From Mycobacteriales bacterium (GTDB lineage Bacteria > Actinomycetota > Actinomycetes > DATLTS01): DNA of 64,000 bases. The DNA lies in contig DATLTS010000046.1 of NCBI GenBank assembly GCA_035533475.1, positions 2,229 through 66,228 on the forward strand, given 5' to 3'. This document shows positions 1-12,223 of the stretch, piece by piece. The notes below the pieces were generated by a model. It was not told where the DNA came from. It was given only the letters and a program-made list of their open reading frames with translations, and made no database searches. Made by a program: the position numbers and the translations under genes. How positions within the stretch are numbered: the first letter of the stretch is position 1; each line of letters begins with the position of its first letter.

Positions 1-1419
<1,419 letters not shown>

Positions 1420-1526
1420 TCAAGATCCATCCGGCGGCCTCCGGTCAGTCGCGGGGGACGCGCCTGAGCCTCGCCGAGCATCGTTTCCCGCCGGCTTCGG
1501 CGGCGTTTCACTCCGGTGACCGGGCG

Positions 1527-2708
1527 TTACCGGCGTGTGAACTCCTCGGCGGGGGTGTCCGGGGTGTCGCCGAGCAGCGCGTCGACGAACGCCTCGGGTT
1601 CGAACGGCGCCAGATCATCGGGTCCTTCGCCGAGCCCCACCAGCTTCACCGGGACGCCGAGTTCGCGCTGCACGGCGATGACGATGCCGCCCTTGGCCGT
1701 GCCGTCGAGTTTGGTCAGCGCAATGCCTGTGACGTGAACGGCCTCGAGAAAAACCCGGGCCTGCACGACACCGTTCTGCCCGGTGGTGGCGTCGAGAACC
1801 AGCAGCACCTCCCCCACCGCCGCCTGCTTCTCGACTACCCGCTTGAGTTTGCTGAGCTCGTCCATGAGACCGGTTTTCGTGTGCAACCGGCCGGCTGTGT
1901 CGATGACGACCGTGTCCGAACGACGGTCGATACCGAGCTTCACGGCCTCGAAGGCGACGCTCGCCGGATCCGATCCCTCGGCGCCACGGACAACCTCGGC
2001 GCCCACCCGGCCGGCCCAGGTCGCCAGCTGTTCGGCGGCGGCGGCCCGGAAGGTGTCTGCGGCGCCGAGGACGACGCTACGACCGTCCGCCACGAGCACC
2101 CGGGCGAGCTTCCCGCAGGTGGTCGTCTTGCCGGTGCCGTTGACGCCGACGACCAGCAGCACGGCGGGGATGCCGTCCGCCGCCGTGGTCGACAGCGATC
2201 GGTCGGCCTCGCCCACGGCGAGGATCAGCTGCTCCCGGAGCAGCGCCCGGAGCTCGACCGGGCCGCGGGCGCCGCGAACCCGGACCTGGGTCCGCAGCGC
2301 ATCGACGAGTTCCCGGGTGGCGGCGACCCCGACGTCGGCGGCGAGCAGCGTGTCCTCGACGTGCTCCCAGGCGTCGTCGTCGAGGACATCGCGGGCCAGG
2401 AGGGAGAGCAAACCGCGACCCAAGGTCGACTCCGAGCGGGCCAGCCGGCCACGGAGGCGGACCAGGCGGCCGTCGCTGGGGAGCGGCGCCTCGAGCCCCG
2501 GAGCGGGGAGCGGCGCCTCCATCTCCGGGGCGGCGAGCGGCGCCTCGAGTCCCGGAGCGGGTGGCGGCGACTCGACCGCCCGGCCCGGAGGCCCCACGAG
2601 CGGCTCCGGGCCCCGTCCACGGCGGCTTCGCAGCGCGGTGATCGAGGCGGCAGCCGCCGCCAGGACGACGACTGCGATCGCGAGATACAGGTAGAGCACG
2701 GACGGCAT
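1527..2708 (-). CDS. ftsY: Signal recognition particle receptor FtsY
   Basis: NG domain motifs GVNGTGKTTTCGKLA, DTAGRLH and TKLDGTAKGG are present. The N-terminal A-domain carries PAPGLEAPL-type tandem repeats. Confidence 0.9.
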   Translation of the reverse strand: MPSVLYLYLAIAVVVLAAAAASITALRSRRGRGPEPLVGPPGRAVESPPPAPGLEAPLAAPEMEAPLPAPGLEAPLPSDGRLVRLRGRLARSESTLGRGLLSLLARDVLDDDAWEHVEDTLLAADVGVAATRELVDALRTQVRVRGARGPVELRALLREQLILAVGEADRSLSTTAADGIPAVLLVVGVNGTGKTTTCGKLARVLVADGRSVVLGAADTFRAAAAEQLATWAGRVGAEVVRGAEGSDPASVAFEAVKLGIDRRSDTVVIDTAGRLHTKTGLMDELSKLKRVVEKQAAVGEVLLVLDATTGQNGVVQARVFLEAVHVTGIALTKLDGTAKGGIVIAVQRELGVPVKLVGLGEGPDDLAPFEPEAFVDALLGDTPDTPAEEFTRR

Positions 2709-2888
2709 CCTCGCAAACCGCCCCGGGGCCCGACGATGCGGTCCTACCGATCAGTAACGGATCGGGTCCGAGTCATTACGAGGTGTAGTCATTTTGGAGG
2801 ATCTTCGTAACGAACCGGTGATATCGGAATCGCCGCCTCCGATAGTAGGTGGCGCCGCCCGGACCCGGCGGCAGACAACTGGAGTCCG

Positions 2889-5186
2889 GTGACAGCGATC
2901 GCTTCCCCGCACCCGCTCTCGGCGCGCACGGCGGCCCGACTTTCCGGCGCCCTGTTCGTGCTGTGTGGCTCGCTCGTGGCCATTGTCGCGGCGGTGCTGC
3001 CGAACGCGCCGGGGACCAACCGGCCCGTCCTCACCGCGATCGGGCTGGTGGCTGCGGGCTGTGGGGTCCTCGTCTGGGTTCTGCCATGGGACCGCTGGCC
3101 GCGGATCGCCACGCTGACCCTGGTGCTCCCGGCGTGGCTGCTGATCGCGCTGCACAACACGTTCACGCGGGCCGACGGCTTCAAGTACTCGATCTTCTTC
3201 GCGGTCACCTTCGCCTGGATGGGGCTGACCCACCGACGGGGAACGAGCTCGGCGGTCTGGCCGCTGGCGCTGGTGGCCTACCTCGCCCCGCTGACCGTCG
3301 TTCCCCATGTCCCGGCGGCGGCCTGGTCGGCCGTCTACATAGTCCCGGTCTGCGTGCTGATCGGGGAGACCGTCGCCTGGGTGACCGGGCGGCTCGGCGA
3401 CACCGAACAGGAGCTGCGCTCCGGCCAGGAGCTGTGGCGCGGTCTGTTCGTCGAGTCGCCGCTGCCGATGTGGATCTTCGAGCGACCGGGGCTCGCTTTC
3501 CTCGACGTCAACGCCGCCGCCATCCAGCAGTACGGCTGGACCCGGGAGGAGTTCCTCTCTATGACCCTGCTGGACATCCGGCCGGTCGAGGCACATGCCG
3601 CCCTGCGCGAGGCGACCGCCGACCCCGCCGCCCACCAGTCCGCCATCTGGGAGCACCGCACGAAGGGTGGCACGCGGATCGATGTCGAGGTGCGGAGCTG
3701 CCCGGCAACCGGATTCCGGGCCGAGGCCTACGTCGTGGTCGCTCGCGACGTAAGCGACGAGCGGCGCGCGGCGGATGCCCTGGCCCGCCAGCTCGTCCAC
3801 GACCCGCTCACCGGCCTGCCCAACCGCGCCCTGCTCCTCGACCGGCTCCAACAGTCGGTGGAGCGCCGGCCCCGGGTCGCCGCCCTGCTCATCGACATCG
3901 ATCGATTTCGGCTGGTCAACGATCAGCTCGGCCCGGATGCCGCTGACCGGGTCCTGCGCGCGCTGGCCGAGCGGCTCGCCGATCTGGTCGGCCCGGCCCG
4001 CACGCTCGGCCGGATGGACGGGGACGCCTTCCTCGTCATCTGCGAGGACGGGGGGAGCGCCGAGCAGGTCGCCGAGGACATCCTGCGCGAGGTGTCCCGC
4101 CCGATGATCATCGATGGGCGGCAGCTCACGATCACCGTGAGTGTCGGCCTGGCCCGGCACGCCGGCCCGATGGACGCGGCCGATCTGCTGCGCGAGGTGG
4201 AGAACGCGCTGGGGGTGGCAAAGCAAGCCGGGCGCAACCGGGTCGTCGGGCTGGACTCGCAGGCCCGGGACCGGGCCTGGCAGCGCCGGGAGCTCGAGCG
4301 CCGGCTCCCCGACGCCGTGTCCACGGGCCAGCTCGTCCTGTATTTCCAGCCGATCGTGAGCCTCGCCGACCAAAGGGTGACCGGCGCGGAGGCCCTGATC
4401 CGGTGGCGCACCCCGGAGCACGGCCTAATCCTCCCCGACCACTTCCTGCCGATCGCCGAGGAGCTCGGACTACTCCCGCAGATCGACAGCTGGGTCTTGC
4501 TCGAGGCCTGCCGGGCCTACGCCCGCTGGTGCGGGCAGGGCAATCTGGCCGCGCCGGACCACGTGTACGTCAACGTCACCCCGGCCCAGCTGGCCCAGGC
4601 CCCCTTCCCGGAGTTCGTCCAGAGCGTGCTCGCCGCGACCGCAGTCCCGCCGGACGCGCTCTGCCTCGAGCTCACCGAGCACACCCTGATCGCCGAGGAT
4701 CCCGGGACCCACGCGACCCTGGAGCGGCTGCGTCGAATCGGGGTAGGGCTGGCGGTGGACGACTTCGGGGCCGGGTTCGCGTCGTTCGGCTACCTGCGCC
4801 ATCTCCCGGTGACGACGCTGAAGATCGACCGCTCGTTCGTCGCCGACCTGCCACACAATCCGCATGACGTGACCATCGTCAGCAACATCGTCCGGCTGGC
4901 CGACGAACTGGGACTCACCGCCGTCGCCGAAGGCATCGAGACCCCCGCCCAGGCTCAGGCCCTGCGGGACCTGGGCTGCGCGAACGGCCAGGGCTACCGC
5001 TGGGCACGCCCGACGGCCGAGCCCGAATTCGTCGACTGGCTGGCCGAGTGGCAAGGCGACCATCCGCACGCGGTCCGTTCCGAGCATCTCTCGTCGGTGG
5101 CGACCGTGAGCCGGCTGCACCCGAGGCCCCCCGAAGTGCTCAGGCCGGCTCGACCTCACGGATCCGCTGGGAGATCACCTGCGTGA
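2889..5186 (+). CDS. Membrane-anchored PAS-GGDEF-EAL protein (c-di-GMP diguanylate cyclase/phosphodiesterase)
   Basis: N-terminal hydrophobic segments, then a PAS-like region. The GGDEF-type domain appears as DPLTGLPNRALLLDRL...GRMDGDAFLV (degenerate GGDEF motif MDGDAF), followed by an EAL domain (EALIRW..., ELTEHTL, DDFGAGFASFGYL). GTG start at 2889. Confidence 0.85.
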   Translation: MTAIASPHPLSARTAARLSGALFVLCGSLVAIVAAVLPNAPGTNRPVLTAIGLVAAGCGVLVWVLPWDRWPRIATLTLVLPAWLLIALHNTFTRADGFKYSIFFAVTFAWMGLTHRRGTSSAVWPLALVAYLAPLTVVPHVPAAAWSAVYIVPVCVLIGETVAWVTGRLGDTEQELRSGQELWRGLFVESPLPMWIFERPGLAFLDVNAAAIQQYGWTREEFLSMTLLDIRPVEAHAALREATADPAAHQSAIWEHRTKGGTRIDVEVRSCPATGFRAEAYVVVARDVSDERRAADALARQLVHDPLTGLPNRALLLDRLQQSVERRPRVAALLIDIDRFRLVNDQLGPDAADRVLRALAERLADLVGPARTLGRMDGDAFLVICEDGGSAEQVAEDILREVSRPMIIDGRQLTITVSVGLARHAGPMDAADLLREVENALGVAKQAGRNRVVGLDSQARDRAWQRRELERRLPDAVSTGQLVLYFQPIVSLADQRVTGAEALIRWRTPEHGLILPDHFLPIAEELGLLPQIDSWVLLEACRAYARWCGQGNLAAPDHVYVNVTPAQLAQAPFPEFVQSVLAATAVPPDALCLELTEHTLIAEDPGTHATLERLRRIGVGLAVDDFGAGFASFGYLRHLPVTTLKIDRSFVADLPHNPHDVTIVSNIVRLADELGLTAVAEGIETPAQAQALRDLGCANGQGYRWARPTAEPEFVDWLAEWQGDHPHAVRSEHLSSVATVSRLHPRPPEVLRPARPHGSAGRSPA

Positions 5187-8100
5187 TCCCGTCCCCGCGC
5201 ATGCTCACCCCGTAGAGGGAGTCGGCGGCCTCCATGGTTCGTTTCTGGTGGGTCACCACCAGCAGCTGTGAGGTGTCCTTCAGCTCGGCGAGCAAGTCGA
5301 CCAGGCGCGCCAGGTTCCGGTCGTCGAGCGCCGCCTCGACCTCGTCGAGCACGTAGAACGGCGAGGGCCGGGCCCGGAAGATCGCGACCAACAGCGCGAT
5401 GGCGGTGAGCGAGCGCTCCCCCCCGGACAGCAGAGACAGTCGCTTCACCTTCTTGCCCGGCGGGCGGGCCTCCACGTCCACCCCGCTGGTCAGCAGGTCG
5501 GCGGGGTCGGTGAGCACGAGCCGACCCTCTCCGCCGGGGAAGAGGGTCGCGAACACCTGCCCGAATTCGCGGGCCGTGTCGTGATAGGCGGCAGCGAAGA
5601 CCGCCTCGACCCGGTCGTCTACCTCCTTGACCACGGTCAGCAGGTCCCGGCGGGTGGCCCGCAGGTCCTCGAGCTGCTCGGCGAGGAATTTCTGCCGCTC
5701 CTCCAGCGCGGCGTACTCCTCGAGCGCGAGCGGGTTGACCCGGCCGAGCACGGCGAGGGCACGTTCGGCCGCCCGGGCCCGCTTCTCCTGCTCCTCCCGG
5801 ACGTAGGCGACCGATCCGGCGGCTTCGCGAGCGGGTTCGGCGTCCGCCTCGGTGAGCACGGGGACGGGGGCCTGGGGACCGTACTCGCCGACCAGGGTGG
5901 CCTCGTCGACCCCGTACTCCTCGACCGCCTTCGTGGCGAGGGCCTCGACCCGGGCCCGCTGCTCGGCCCGGAGCAGCTCGTCGCGGTGCACGGCGTCGGT
6001 CAGCGTGGCCAGTTCGGTGGCCAGCTCGCGAACCCGGCCGCGAACTCCGAGCAGCTCACCTTCGCGAACCGTGCGGCCCTCTTCGGCCGCCGCCCGCTCC
6101 CGGGCGGCGGCGGCGAGCGAGGTTTCGACGCTGCGGGCGGCGATCGCACCGGCCCGGGCCACCGCCGCGGCGACAGCGGACTCGCGGGCACGGCGGGCTC
6201 GAGCCGCGACCGCTGCCGCCCGGGCGGCCCGCTCGGCGGCGGCCGCCGCGGCCAGCGCCTGGGCCCGCTCGGTGACCGCGCGGAGCCGCTCCTCGCCGGT
6301 CCGGACCGCGAGCCGCGCATCGACCTCGGCGACCCGGGATTCGGCGCACGCGAGGGCCAGCCGGTCCCGTTCCGCGCTGCCGGGCTCCTCGGCTGCCGGG
6401 GCGGCCTGCGCATTCGCCAGCCGTTCCTCGAGCTCGAGGAGCTCACCCGCCCAGCGTTCCCGGTCCGCCGTGGCCTGGTCGCGGGCTCGGGCCAGCCGTT
6501 CCGTCTCGGCCTGGGCGGCCCGGGCGGCCGCGCCGAGCTGCCCCAGCCGCTCGGCAACCGCGGCCTGCCGAGCGTCGGATTCGTGAAGTTCGCCGAGCGT
6601 CGCATCGAGCTCGACCTGCCACCGGTCGCGCTCCGCGATGGCCGCACCGAGAGCGAAGCGCAGCCGCTCGCAACGATGCCCCGTCTCGACGAGACGGGCG
6701 TCGGCATCGTCGAGGGCGACCTGAACCTCGAGCCGGCTCGGCACCCGAGCCGATCCCCCCGCGGCCCACCCGGCTCCGAGCTGGTCCCCCGCGGCGGTGA
6801 CCGCGCACAGCGACGGGTCGGCCCGAACCACCCGCCGGGCGGCCGCGAGGTCGTCGACGACTACTACGTGGCCGAGCAGCCGACCCAACGCCGCAGAGAA
6901 CTCGGGGGGCGCACTCACGCACTCGAGCGCCCAACGCCCCTCCGGTGCCTGGCCCCGGCGGTCCGGCACCGCTGCGGCTCCGCCCACGAGCAGCCCGACC
7001 CGGCCGGCGTCATCGGCCTTGACCAGCTCGAGTGCCGTCACCGCGCCGTCGACCGACCCGACGGCGATCGCGTCGGCGGCGACCCCCAGGGCCGCGGCGA
7101 GCGCGGTCTCGAAACCCGGCGCGACGGCGAGGATGCTGGCGACCGCGCCGACCAGGTCGGGAAGGCGCTCGCGGGCATCGAGCAGGGCCGCTCCCGCGTC
7201 GCCACGCTCGAGGGACAGCGCGAGGGCCTCGCGGCGGCCCAGCAGCAGGCTGCGGTCGCGCTCGGCCTCCCGCTCCTCCGCCTCGAGCCGGCGAACCTGC
7301 TCGGCCGCGGCCTCGACGGCGGCCGCGGCCGTCTCGTAACGCTCGTCGAGCCCGGCCTCGCCGGCGTCGAGGCCGGCGATGTCGGCTTCGATCGCCTGAA
7401 ACTCGCCCTGCGCCACACCGGCCCGGGTGCTGGCCTCGTCGACCGCCGCCCGCAGCCGTCCGATCTCGGCGTCCGCCGCTGCGGCCCGCGATCGCAGTGC
7501 GGCCACCTGCCCGGTGAGCCGAGCCAGCCCTTCCCGCCGGTCGGCCACGGCCCGCACCGCGGCGACCAGTCGGCTCTCCTCCGCGGCCAACTCGGCCTCG
7601 AGCCCGGCCCGCGCGTCGGCCGCGGCCCGAAGGCTCAGCTGATCCCGGGCCAGCTCCTCCGCCAGCTTCGCCTGCTCGCCGCGGACCGCCGCCGCCTCGG
7701 CGTCCAGCGCGTCCGGGTCGGGACCGGTCCGGTCCGCGTCGTCGGCGGCGGCCAGGTGCCGACCCCGCTCGGCCGCCAACGCCGCGACGCCGCGAAGGCG
7801 CTCGGCGAGGGAGCTGAGTCGATACCAGGTCTCCTGGGCTCGGGACAGCAGCGGGACGGCCTCGAGCAGTTCGGCCTCGAGGCGGGCTTCCCGGGCGGTC
7901 GCCTCGGTGAGCATGCCCTCGACCTCGACCCGTCGCGACCGGATCGCCGTCTCGTCGGCCACCTCGCTGTCCAGTGCCGCGGTGAGCGTGACGAGGTCCT
8001 CGGCGAGCAGCCGGAGCCGGGCGTCGCGGAGGTCTGCCTGGATCACCGCCGCCCGGCGGGCGACTTCGGCCTGCCGCCCGAGCGGTTTGAGCTGACGGCG

Positions 8101-8694
8101 CAGCTCGGCGGTGAGGTCGGTGATCCGGGTCAGGTTGGCCTGCATGGCCTCCAGCTTGCGGAGCGCCTTCTCCTTGCGCTTGCGGTGCTTGAGGACTCCG
8201 GCGGCTTCCTCGATGAACGCCCGCCGGTCCTCCGGTCGGGCGGAGAGCACCGCGTCGAGCTGTCCCTGGCCGACGATGACGTGCATCTCTCGGCCGATGC
8301 CGGAATCGGAGAGCAGCTCCTGAACGTCGAGCAGCCGGCACGGCGAACCGTTGATCGAGTATTCGCTGTCCCCGGACCGGTACATCAACCGGCTGATCGT
8401 CACCTCGGCGTAGTCGATCGGAAGCGCCCCGTCGGCGTTGTCGATGGTCAGCACGACCTCGGCCCGGCCGAGCGGCGGCCGGCCGGCCGTTCCGGCGAAG
8501 ATGACGTCCTCCATCTTGCCGCCGCGCAGCGACTTGGCACCCTGCTCGCCGAGCACCCAGGCGATCGCGTCGACCACGTTCGACTTTCCCGACCCGTTGG
8601 GCCCGACGACACAGGTGATTCCCGGCTCGAAACGCAACGTCGTCGACGACGCGAAGGACTTGAACCCGCGCAACGTGAGGCTCTTCAGGTGCAC
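5140..8694 (-). CDS. smc: Chromosome partition protein Smc
   Basis: 1184 aa. The N-terminal Walker A region reads MHLKSLTLRGFKSFA...GPNGSGKSNVVDAI. Long coiled-coil arms follow, and the C-terminus has LSGGERSLTAIALLVAIF signature and Walker B motifs. Confidence 0.95.
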   Translation of the reverse strand: MHLKSLTLRGFKSFASSTTLRFEPGITCVVGPNGSGKSNVVDAIAWVLGEQGAKSLRGGKMEDVIFAGTAGRPPLGRAEVVLTIDNADGALPIDYAEVTISRLMYRSGDSEYSINGSPCRLLDVQELLSDSGIGREMHVIVGQGQLDAVLSARPEDRRAFIEEAAGVLKHRKRKEKALRKLEAMQANLTRITDLTAELRRQLKPLGRQAEVARRAAVIQADLRDARLRLLAEDLVTLTAALDSEVADETAIRSRRVEVEGMLTEATAREARLEAELLEAVPLLSRAQETWYRLSSLAERLRGVAALAAERGRHLAAADDADRTGPDPDALDAEAAAVRGEQAKLAEELARDQLSLRAAADARAGLEAELAAEESRLVAAVRAVADRREGLARLTGQVAALRSRAAAADAEIGRLRAAVDEASTRAGVAQGEFQAIEADIAGLDAGEAGLDERYETAAAAVEAAAEQVRRLEAEEREAERDRSLLLGRREALALSLERGDAGAALLDARERLPDLVGAVASILAVAPGFETALAAALGVAADAIAVGSVDGAVTALELVKADDAGRVGLLVGGAAAVPDRRGQAPEGRWALECVSAPPEFSAALGRLLGHVVVVDDLAAARRVVRADPSLCAVTAAGDQLGAGWAAGGSARVPSRLEVQVALDDADARLVETGHRCERLRFALGAAIAERDRWQVELDATLGELHESDARQAAVAERLGQLGAAARAAQAETERLARARDQATADRERWAGELLELEERLANAQAAPAAEEPGSAERDRLALACAESRVAEVDARLAVRTGEERLRAVTERAQALAAAAAAERAARAAAVAARARRARESAVAAAVARAGAIAARSVETSLAAAARERAAAEEGRTVREGELLGVRGRVRELATELATLTDAVHRDELLRAEQRARVEALATKAVEEYGVDEATLVGEYGPQAPVPVLTEADAEPAREAAGSVAYVREEQEKRARAAERALAVLGRVNPLALEEYAALEERQKFLAEQLEDLRATRRDLLTVVKEVDDRVEAVFAAAYHDTAREFGQVFATLFPGGEGRLVLTDPADLLTSGVDVEARPPGKKVKRLSLLSGGERSLTAIALLVAIFRARPSPFYVLDEVEAALDDRNLARLVDLLAELKDTSQLLVVTHQKRTMEAADSLYGVSMRGDGITQVISQRIREVEPA

Positions 8695-8850
8695 GCGGCT
8701 CGCTCCGGGGCCATCTGGCCGGATCGTGACGGAGGGGAAGTCCGTTCGACCCTACTCGTCGGTCCCCGGCGCCGGCGCGTAACGCACCGGCACAACCGTC
8801 CGGAAATGGGCTGGGAAGAGGGCAGCGGCGCCCTCGGCGGAACCGAGCGG

Positions 8851-9075
8851 TCAGGCCAGCGCGGGCTCGCCGGCCACTTCGGCCGCCGAGTCGGGCACGG
8901 AGATCGCCAGCATGTCGTCGGAGACGCGGACCGACTCGACGAGCCGGTCGTTGATCTGGCGCAGCTGGCTCAGCTCCGCCTCGAGATCGTGCACCTGCCG
9001 CCGCAGCCGATGAACCTCGGCCGTGAGACGGGGGTCGGGGCCGAGCCCGACGTGGCCGAACAGGGCCTTCGCCAT
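8851..9075 (-). CDS. Hypothetical small coiled-coil protein (74 aa)
   Basis: An ATG ORF sits in the correct orientation between smc and fpg. Sequence is helical and heptad-like (RLRRQVHDLEAELSQLRQINDRL), with no recognisable family. Called weakly because it fills a real intergenic gap. Confidence 0.35.
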   Translation of the reverse strand: MAKALFGHVGLGPDPRLTAEVHRLRRQVHDLEAELSQLRQINDRLVESVRVSDDMLAISVPDSAAEVAGEPALA

Positions 9076-9276
9076 CTTCGGAGTCCTCCGCAGTGAGGCA
9101 CGTGATGCGCGAGCTGGTGGGCGATGGAGGCTCGCAGGGGGTCATTTGAGGGTGACACGCTCCGCCGCGCCGGTCAAGCCCCAGGTTACGGGTTCATCAC
9201 GACTTGAGTCCCGATGGCTCAATCTTACGCCGGGTCGAGGAGGCCACCGGAGTGCACGGCGCGCCCTTCGGGTGGG

Positions 9277-10131
9277 TCATCGAGGGGCCCGGCGGGGAGG
9301 TGGTTGGCAACCGGGGCAGAAATACGAGGAGCGGTTCATGAACGGGTCACGCCGGACCGGGCGGCCGCAGCGCGGACATGGCTGGCCCGCGCGACCGTAG
9401 ACCGCGAGTTCCCGCTCGAAGTGGCCGCGCTCCCCCTCGACGTTGACATAGAGCGCGTCGAAGCTCGTCCCCCCGGCCGCGAGCGCCTCGGTGAACACCT
9501 CGCGGACCCCGGCGAGGACCCGCACCACCTCCCCCCGCCGCAGCGTCGAGGTCGGCCGGGCGTAGTGCAGCCGGGCCCGCCACAGCGCCTCGTCGGCATA
9601 GATGTTGCCGATCCCGGAGACGAGGGTTTGATCGAGCAATGCCCGCTTGAGCCCGGTGTTGCGACGCCGGATCGCGGCGACGCATCCGGGCTCGTCGAAC
9701 TCGGGGTCGAGGGGGTCACGGGCGACATGGGCGATGCTCGGCGGAACGGGATACCCATCTTTTACGACAGCCAGCCCACCGAACGTCCGCTGGTCCCGGA
9801 ACCGCAACTGCGGGCCGAGGTCGGCGAAGCTCAGACGAGCCCGCAGGTGCCCCGGGTCGACGAACCCGGGGGGAGCGACGACGAACTGCCCGCTCATGCC
9901 CAGGTGGGCGGCCAGTGCCTCACCCGAGTCCAGCGGGAGCCACAGGTACTTGCCCCGGCGGCGAGCCGACTCGATCCGCCGACCGATCAGCCGGGCCGCG
10001 AAATCCTCCCCGCCGGCGAGGTGGCGGCGCAGCGTGCGCGGTCCGGAGACCTCGACCGCGGCGATGGTGCGCCCGACGACATGGCGGTCGAGCCCGGACC
10101 GGACGACCTCGACCTCGGGAAGCTCCGGCAC
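9277..10131 (-). CDS. mutM: Formamidopyrimidine-DNA glycosylase (Fpg/MutM)
   Basis: N-terminal MPELPEVE catalytic Pro2/Glu3 motif. The helix-two-turn-helix region is present, and the C-terminus has a CPRCG....CPGCQ zinc finger. Confidence 0.9.
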   Translation of the reverse strand: MPELPEVEVVRSGLDRHVVGRTIAAVEVSGPRTLRRHLAGGEDFAARLIGRRIESARRRGKYLWLPLDSGEALAAHLGMSGQFVVAPPGFVDPGHLRARLSFADLGPQLRFRDQRTFGGLAVVKDGYPVPPSIAHVARDPLDPEFDEPGCVAAIRRRNTGLKRALLDQTLVSGIGNIYADEALWRARLHYARPTSTLRRGEVVRVLAGVREVFTEALAAGGTSFDALYVNVEGERGHFERELAVYGRAGQPCPRCGRPVRRDPFMNRSSYFCPGCQPPPRRAPR

Positions 10132-10134
10132 CGG

Positions 10135-10851
10135 TTAGTCCCCCGCGGCCCGCAGCCGCTCGGCCAGGGTCAGCCACGCGGCCTCGGCGGCGCGCTGTTC
10201 GGCTTCCTTCTTGCTCCGGCCATGTCCGGACCCGAGGACGTCGCCGTCGATCCCGACGGTGGCCTCGAAGTTCTTCTGATGGTCGGGGCCGCTCTCGTCG
10301 ACCTTGTAGTCGGGGGCCCCGTACTCCCCGGTCGAAGCCAGCTCCTGAAGCGAGGTCTTCCAGTCGAGGCCGGCCCCACGCTCCACGGCGTCGATGATGA
10401 GCGGATCGAACAGCCGGTGGACGAGTCCGGTGGCGGCGGCGATCCCCTGGTCGACGTAGACCGCCCCGATCAGCGCCTCGAGGGTGTCGGCGAGGATCGA
10501 GGACTTGTCCCGCCCCCCGCTGGTTTCCTCGCCGCGGCCGAGCCGAACCGAATCGCCGAGGTCGAGGCTGCGGGCGACGTCGGCCAGGGCACGGGAATTG
10601 ACCACGGCGGCTCGCAGCTTGGCGAGCTGCCCTTCGGCGAGGTCGGGGTGACGGTGGTAGAGGCTGTCGGTGACGACCAGGCCGAGCACGGCATCGCCGA
10701 GGAACTCCAGCCGCTCATTGGTGGGCAGGCCGCCATGCTCGTAGGCGAAAGACCGGTGGGTCAACGCCTGGCAGAGCAGATCCGGGTCGAGGGTCAACCC
10801 GAGGGTGGCAGCCAGCGCGGTCGGATCGGCTGGCTCCGGGGTTCGGCTCAC
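10135..10851 (-). CDS. rnc: Ribonuclease III
   Basis: Signature motifs [18 protein letters not shown] and EALIGAVY are present, plus a C-terminal dsRBD ([20 protein letters not shown]). The start is inferred near an internal GTG; the 330-aa listed ORF has a spurious upstream extension that overlaps the ACP gene in another frame. Confidence 0.85.
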   Translation of the reverse strand: MSRTPEPADPTALAATLGLTLDPDLLCQALTHRSFAYEHGGLPTNERLEFLGDAVLGLVVTDSLYHRHPDLAEGQLAKLRAAVVNSRALADVARSLDLGDSVRLGRGEETSGGRDKSSILADTLEALIGAVYVDQGIAAATGLVHRLFDPLIIDAVERGAGLDWKTSLQELASTGEYGAPDYKVDESGPDHQKNFEATVGIDGDVLGSGHGRSKKEAEQRAAEAAWLTLAERLRAAGD

Positions 10852-11117
10852 AGCCGGGCGACCGCGTAGTCCACGGCGTCCCCCACGGTGCGCAGATCCT
10901 CGAGATCGCCGTCGTCGATGTGGAACCCGGAAGCCGCCCGCGGGGCGAGCCGCTCCTCGACGATCTCGGCCATCTCGACGAGCGCCAGCGAGTCCGCGCG
11001 CAGGTCCTCGCGGAACGTGCTGTCCCGCCGAACCGTCGCTGGATCTATCTCGAGGACGGTGGCGATCGCGTCGCGGATCACCCCGAACACATCCGGTGGC
11101 CCGTCCGGCGTACTCAC
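10848..11117 (-). CDS. Acyl carrier protein-like (89 aa)
   Basis: Acidic small protein with a phosphopantetheine-attachment-type DSL motif ([19 protein letters not shown]). It sits between plsX and rnc, as in the Bacillus plsX-fab-acpA-rnc-smc-ftsY order. Confidence 0.7.
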   Translation of the reverse strand: MSTPDGPPDVFGVIRDAIATVLEIDPATVRRDSTFREDLRADSLALVEMAEIVEERLAPRAASGFHIDDGDLEDLRTVGDAVDYAVARL

Positions 11118-12223
11118 CGGGCCGCACCCACCGTGCGGCGGGACAGCAGGTCGGCGAGCACCGCCCCGGTCCGCACGACGAGCCCCTCGGTGGCCGCCCG
11201 GGCCGCGATCCGGATGCCGGAGGCGATCGCCCGCGGGTTCGCGGCGCCGTGACCGATCACCGCGACCCCGTTGACGCCGAGCAGGATCGCCCCGCCGAGC
11301 CGGTCCGGCTCGAGCCGCTCGTCGATCCGCGCCGGGCCGTCGATCGCCCCCAGGACCAGCCGGTACATCCCTTCCAGACCCTTGAGCAGGACGTTGCCGG
11401 TGAATCCGTCGGTGACGACGACGTCGGCCCGCTCCCCGAGGGGCACGTCATGACCTTCGACGTTGCCGACGAACCGGATCGGCAGTTCGGCGAGCACCTG
11501 GTGGGCGTCCTTGCGGAGCTGGTCACCCTTGCCCGGCTCCTCGCCCATGGACAGCAGCCCGACCCGCGGGTTCTCGATCCCCAGACCGATCTGGGCGTAG
11601 GCCACACCGGCCATCGCGAACTGGGCGAGCCGGTCCGGATCGGCGTGCACCCCGGCACCGGCGTCGAGCAGGACGACCGGGCCGTGCGCGGCCGGCACTA
11701 CGACGGCCAGGGCCGGCCGGGACATCCCCGGCAGCCGACCGAGTACGAGCAGGGCCGCGGCCACCGCGGCTCCGGTGGATCCCATCGACACGGTGGCGTC
11801 GGCGGCGCCGTCGCGAACCAGCCGGGCCGCGACGCGCACGGTGGCGTCGCGTTTGGCCCGGACCGCGCGGGCCGGATCCTCGGCCATTCCGATCGATTCG
11901 GTGGCCGCGACGACGTCGAGCCGGTCCGCGAGCGGCCGGCCGGCGAGCAGTTTCGCCGCCAGGTCCGGCGGCCCGACCAGGGTGACCGCCAGGTCCGGCA
12001 GCTCGGCGCAGGCGAGCAGGGCGCCGTCGACGACGGCGGCCGGGGCACCCTCACCGCCGAGCAGATCCAGGGCGACGGTGAGCAGCCGGTCCGATCCGCT
12101 CACGGTCAGACGGTGAGGACGCGTCGGCCGTTGTAGAAACCGCAGACGGCGCAGGCGGCGTGCGGCAGCTTGGCCTGCTTGCATCTCGGGCAGTCGACCG
12201 TCGTGGGTGCGGTCGTCTTCCAC
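11114..12223 (-). CDS. plsX: Phosphate acyltransferase PlsX
   Basis: 369 aa with the typical PlsX core ([12 protein letters not shown]..., [28 protein letters not shown]). Lies immediately downstream of rpmF. Confidence 0.9.
   Translation of the reverse strand: MEDDRTHDGRLPEMQAGQAAARRLRRLRFLQRPTRPHRLTVSGSDRLLTVALDLLGGEGAPAAVVDGALLACAELPDLAVTLVGPPDLAAKLLAGRPLADRLDVVAATESIGMAEDPARAVRAKRDATVRVAARLVRDGAADATVSMGSTGAAVAAALLVLGRLPGMSRPALAVVVPAAHGPVVLLDAGAGVHADPDRLAQFAMAGVAYAQIGLGIENPRVGLLSMGEEPGKGDQLRKDAHQVLAELPIRFVGNVEGHDVPLGERADVVVTDGFTGNVLLKGLEGMYRLVLGAIDGPARIDERLEPDRLGGAILLGVNGVAVIGHGAANPRAIASGIRIAARAATEGLVVRTGAVLADLLSRRTVGAAR

Noticed and set aside
2751-4421. 556-aa ORF on the minus strand
   Set aside because: Antisense shadow of the PAS-GGDEF-EAL gene in high-GC DNA; low-complexity R/G/P-rich translation with no domain.
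5581-9096. 1171-aa ORF on the plus strand, plus the overlapping 711-aa minus ORF (7010-9145)
   Set aside because: Mirror-frame ORFs opposite smc. Composition is dominated by Arg/Gly/Pro; smc on the minus strand has unmistakable motifs.
9214-12136. Plus-strand ORFs of 551 aa and 443 aa
   Set aside because: Opposite fpg/rnc/plsX; no motifs; high-GC shadow frames.
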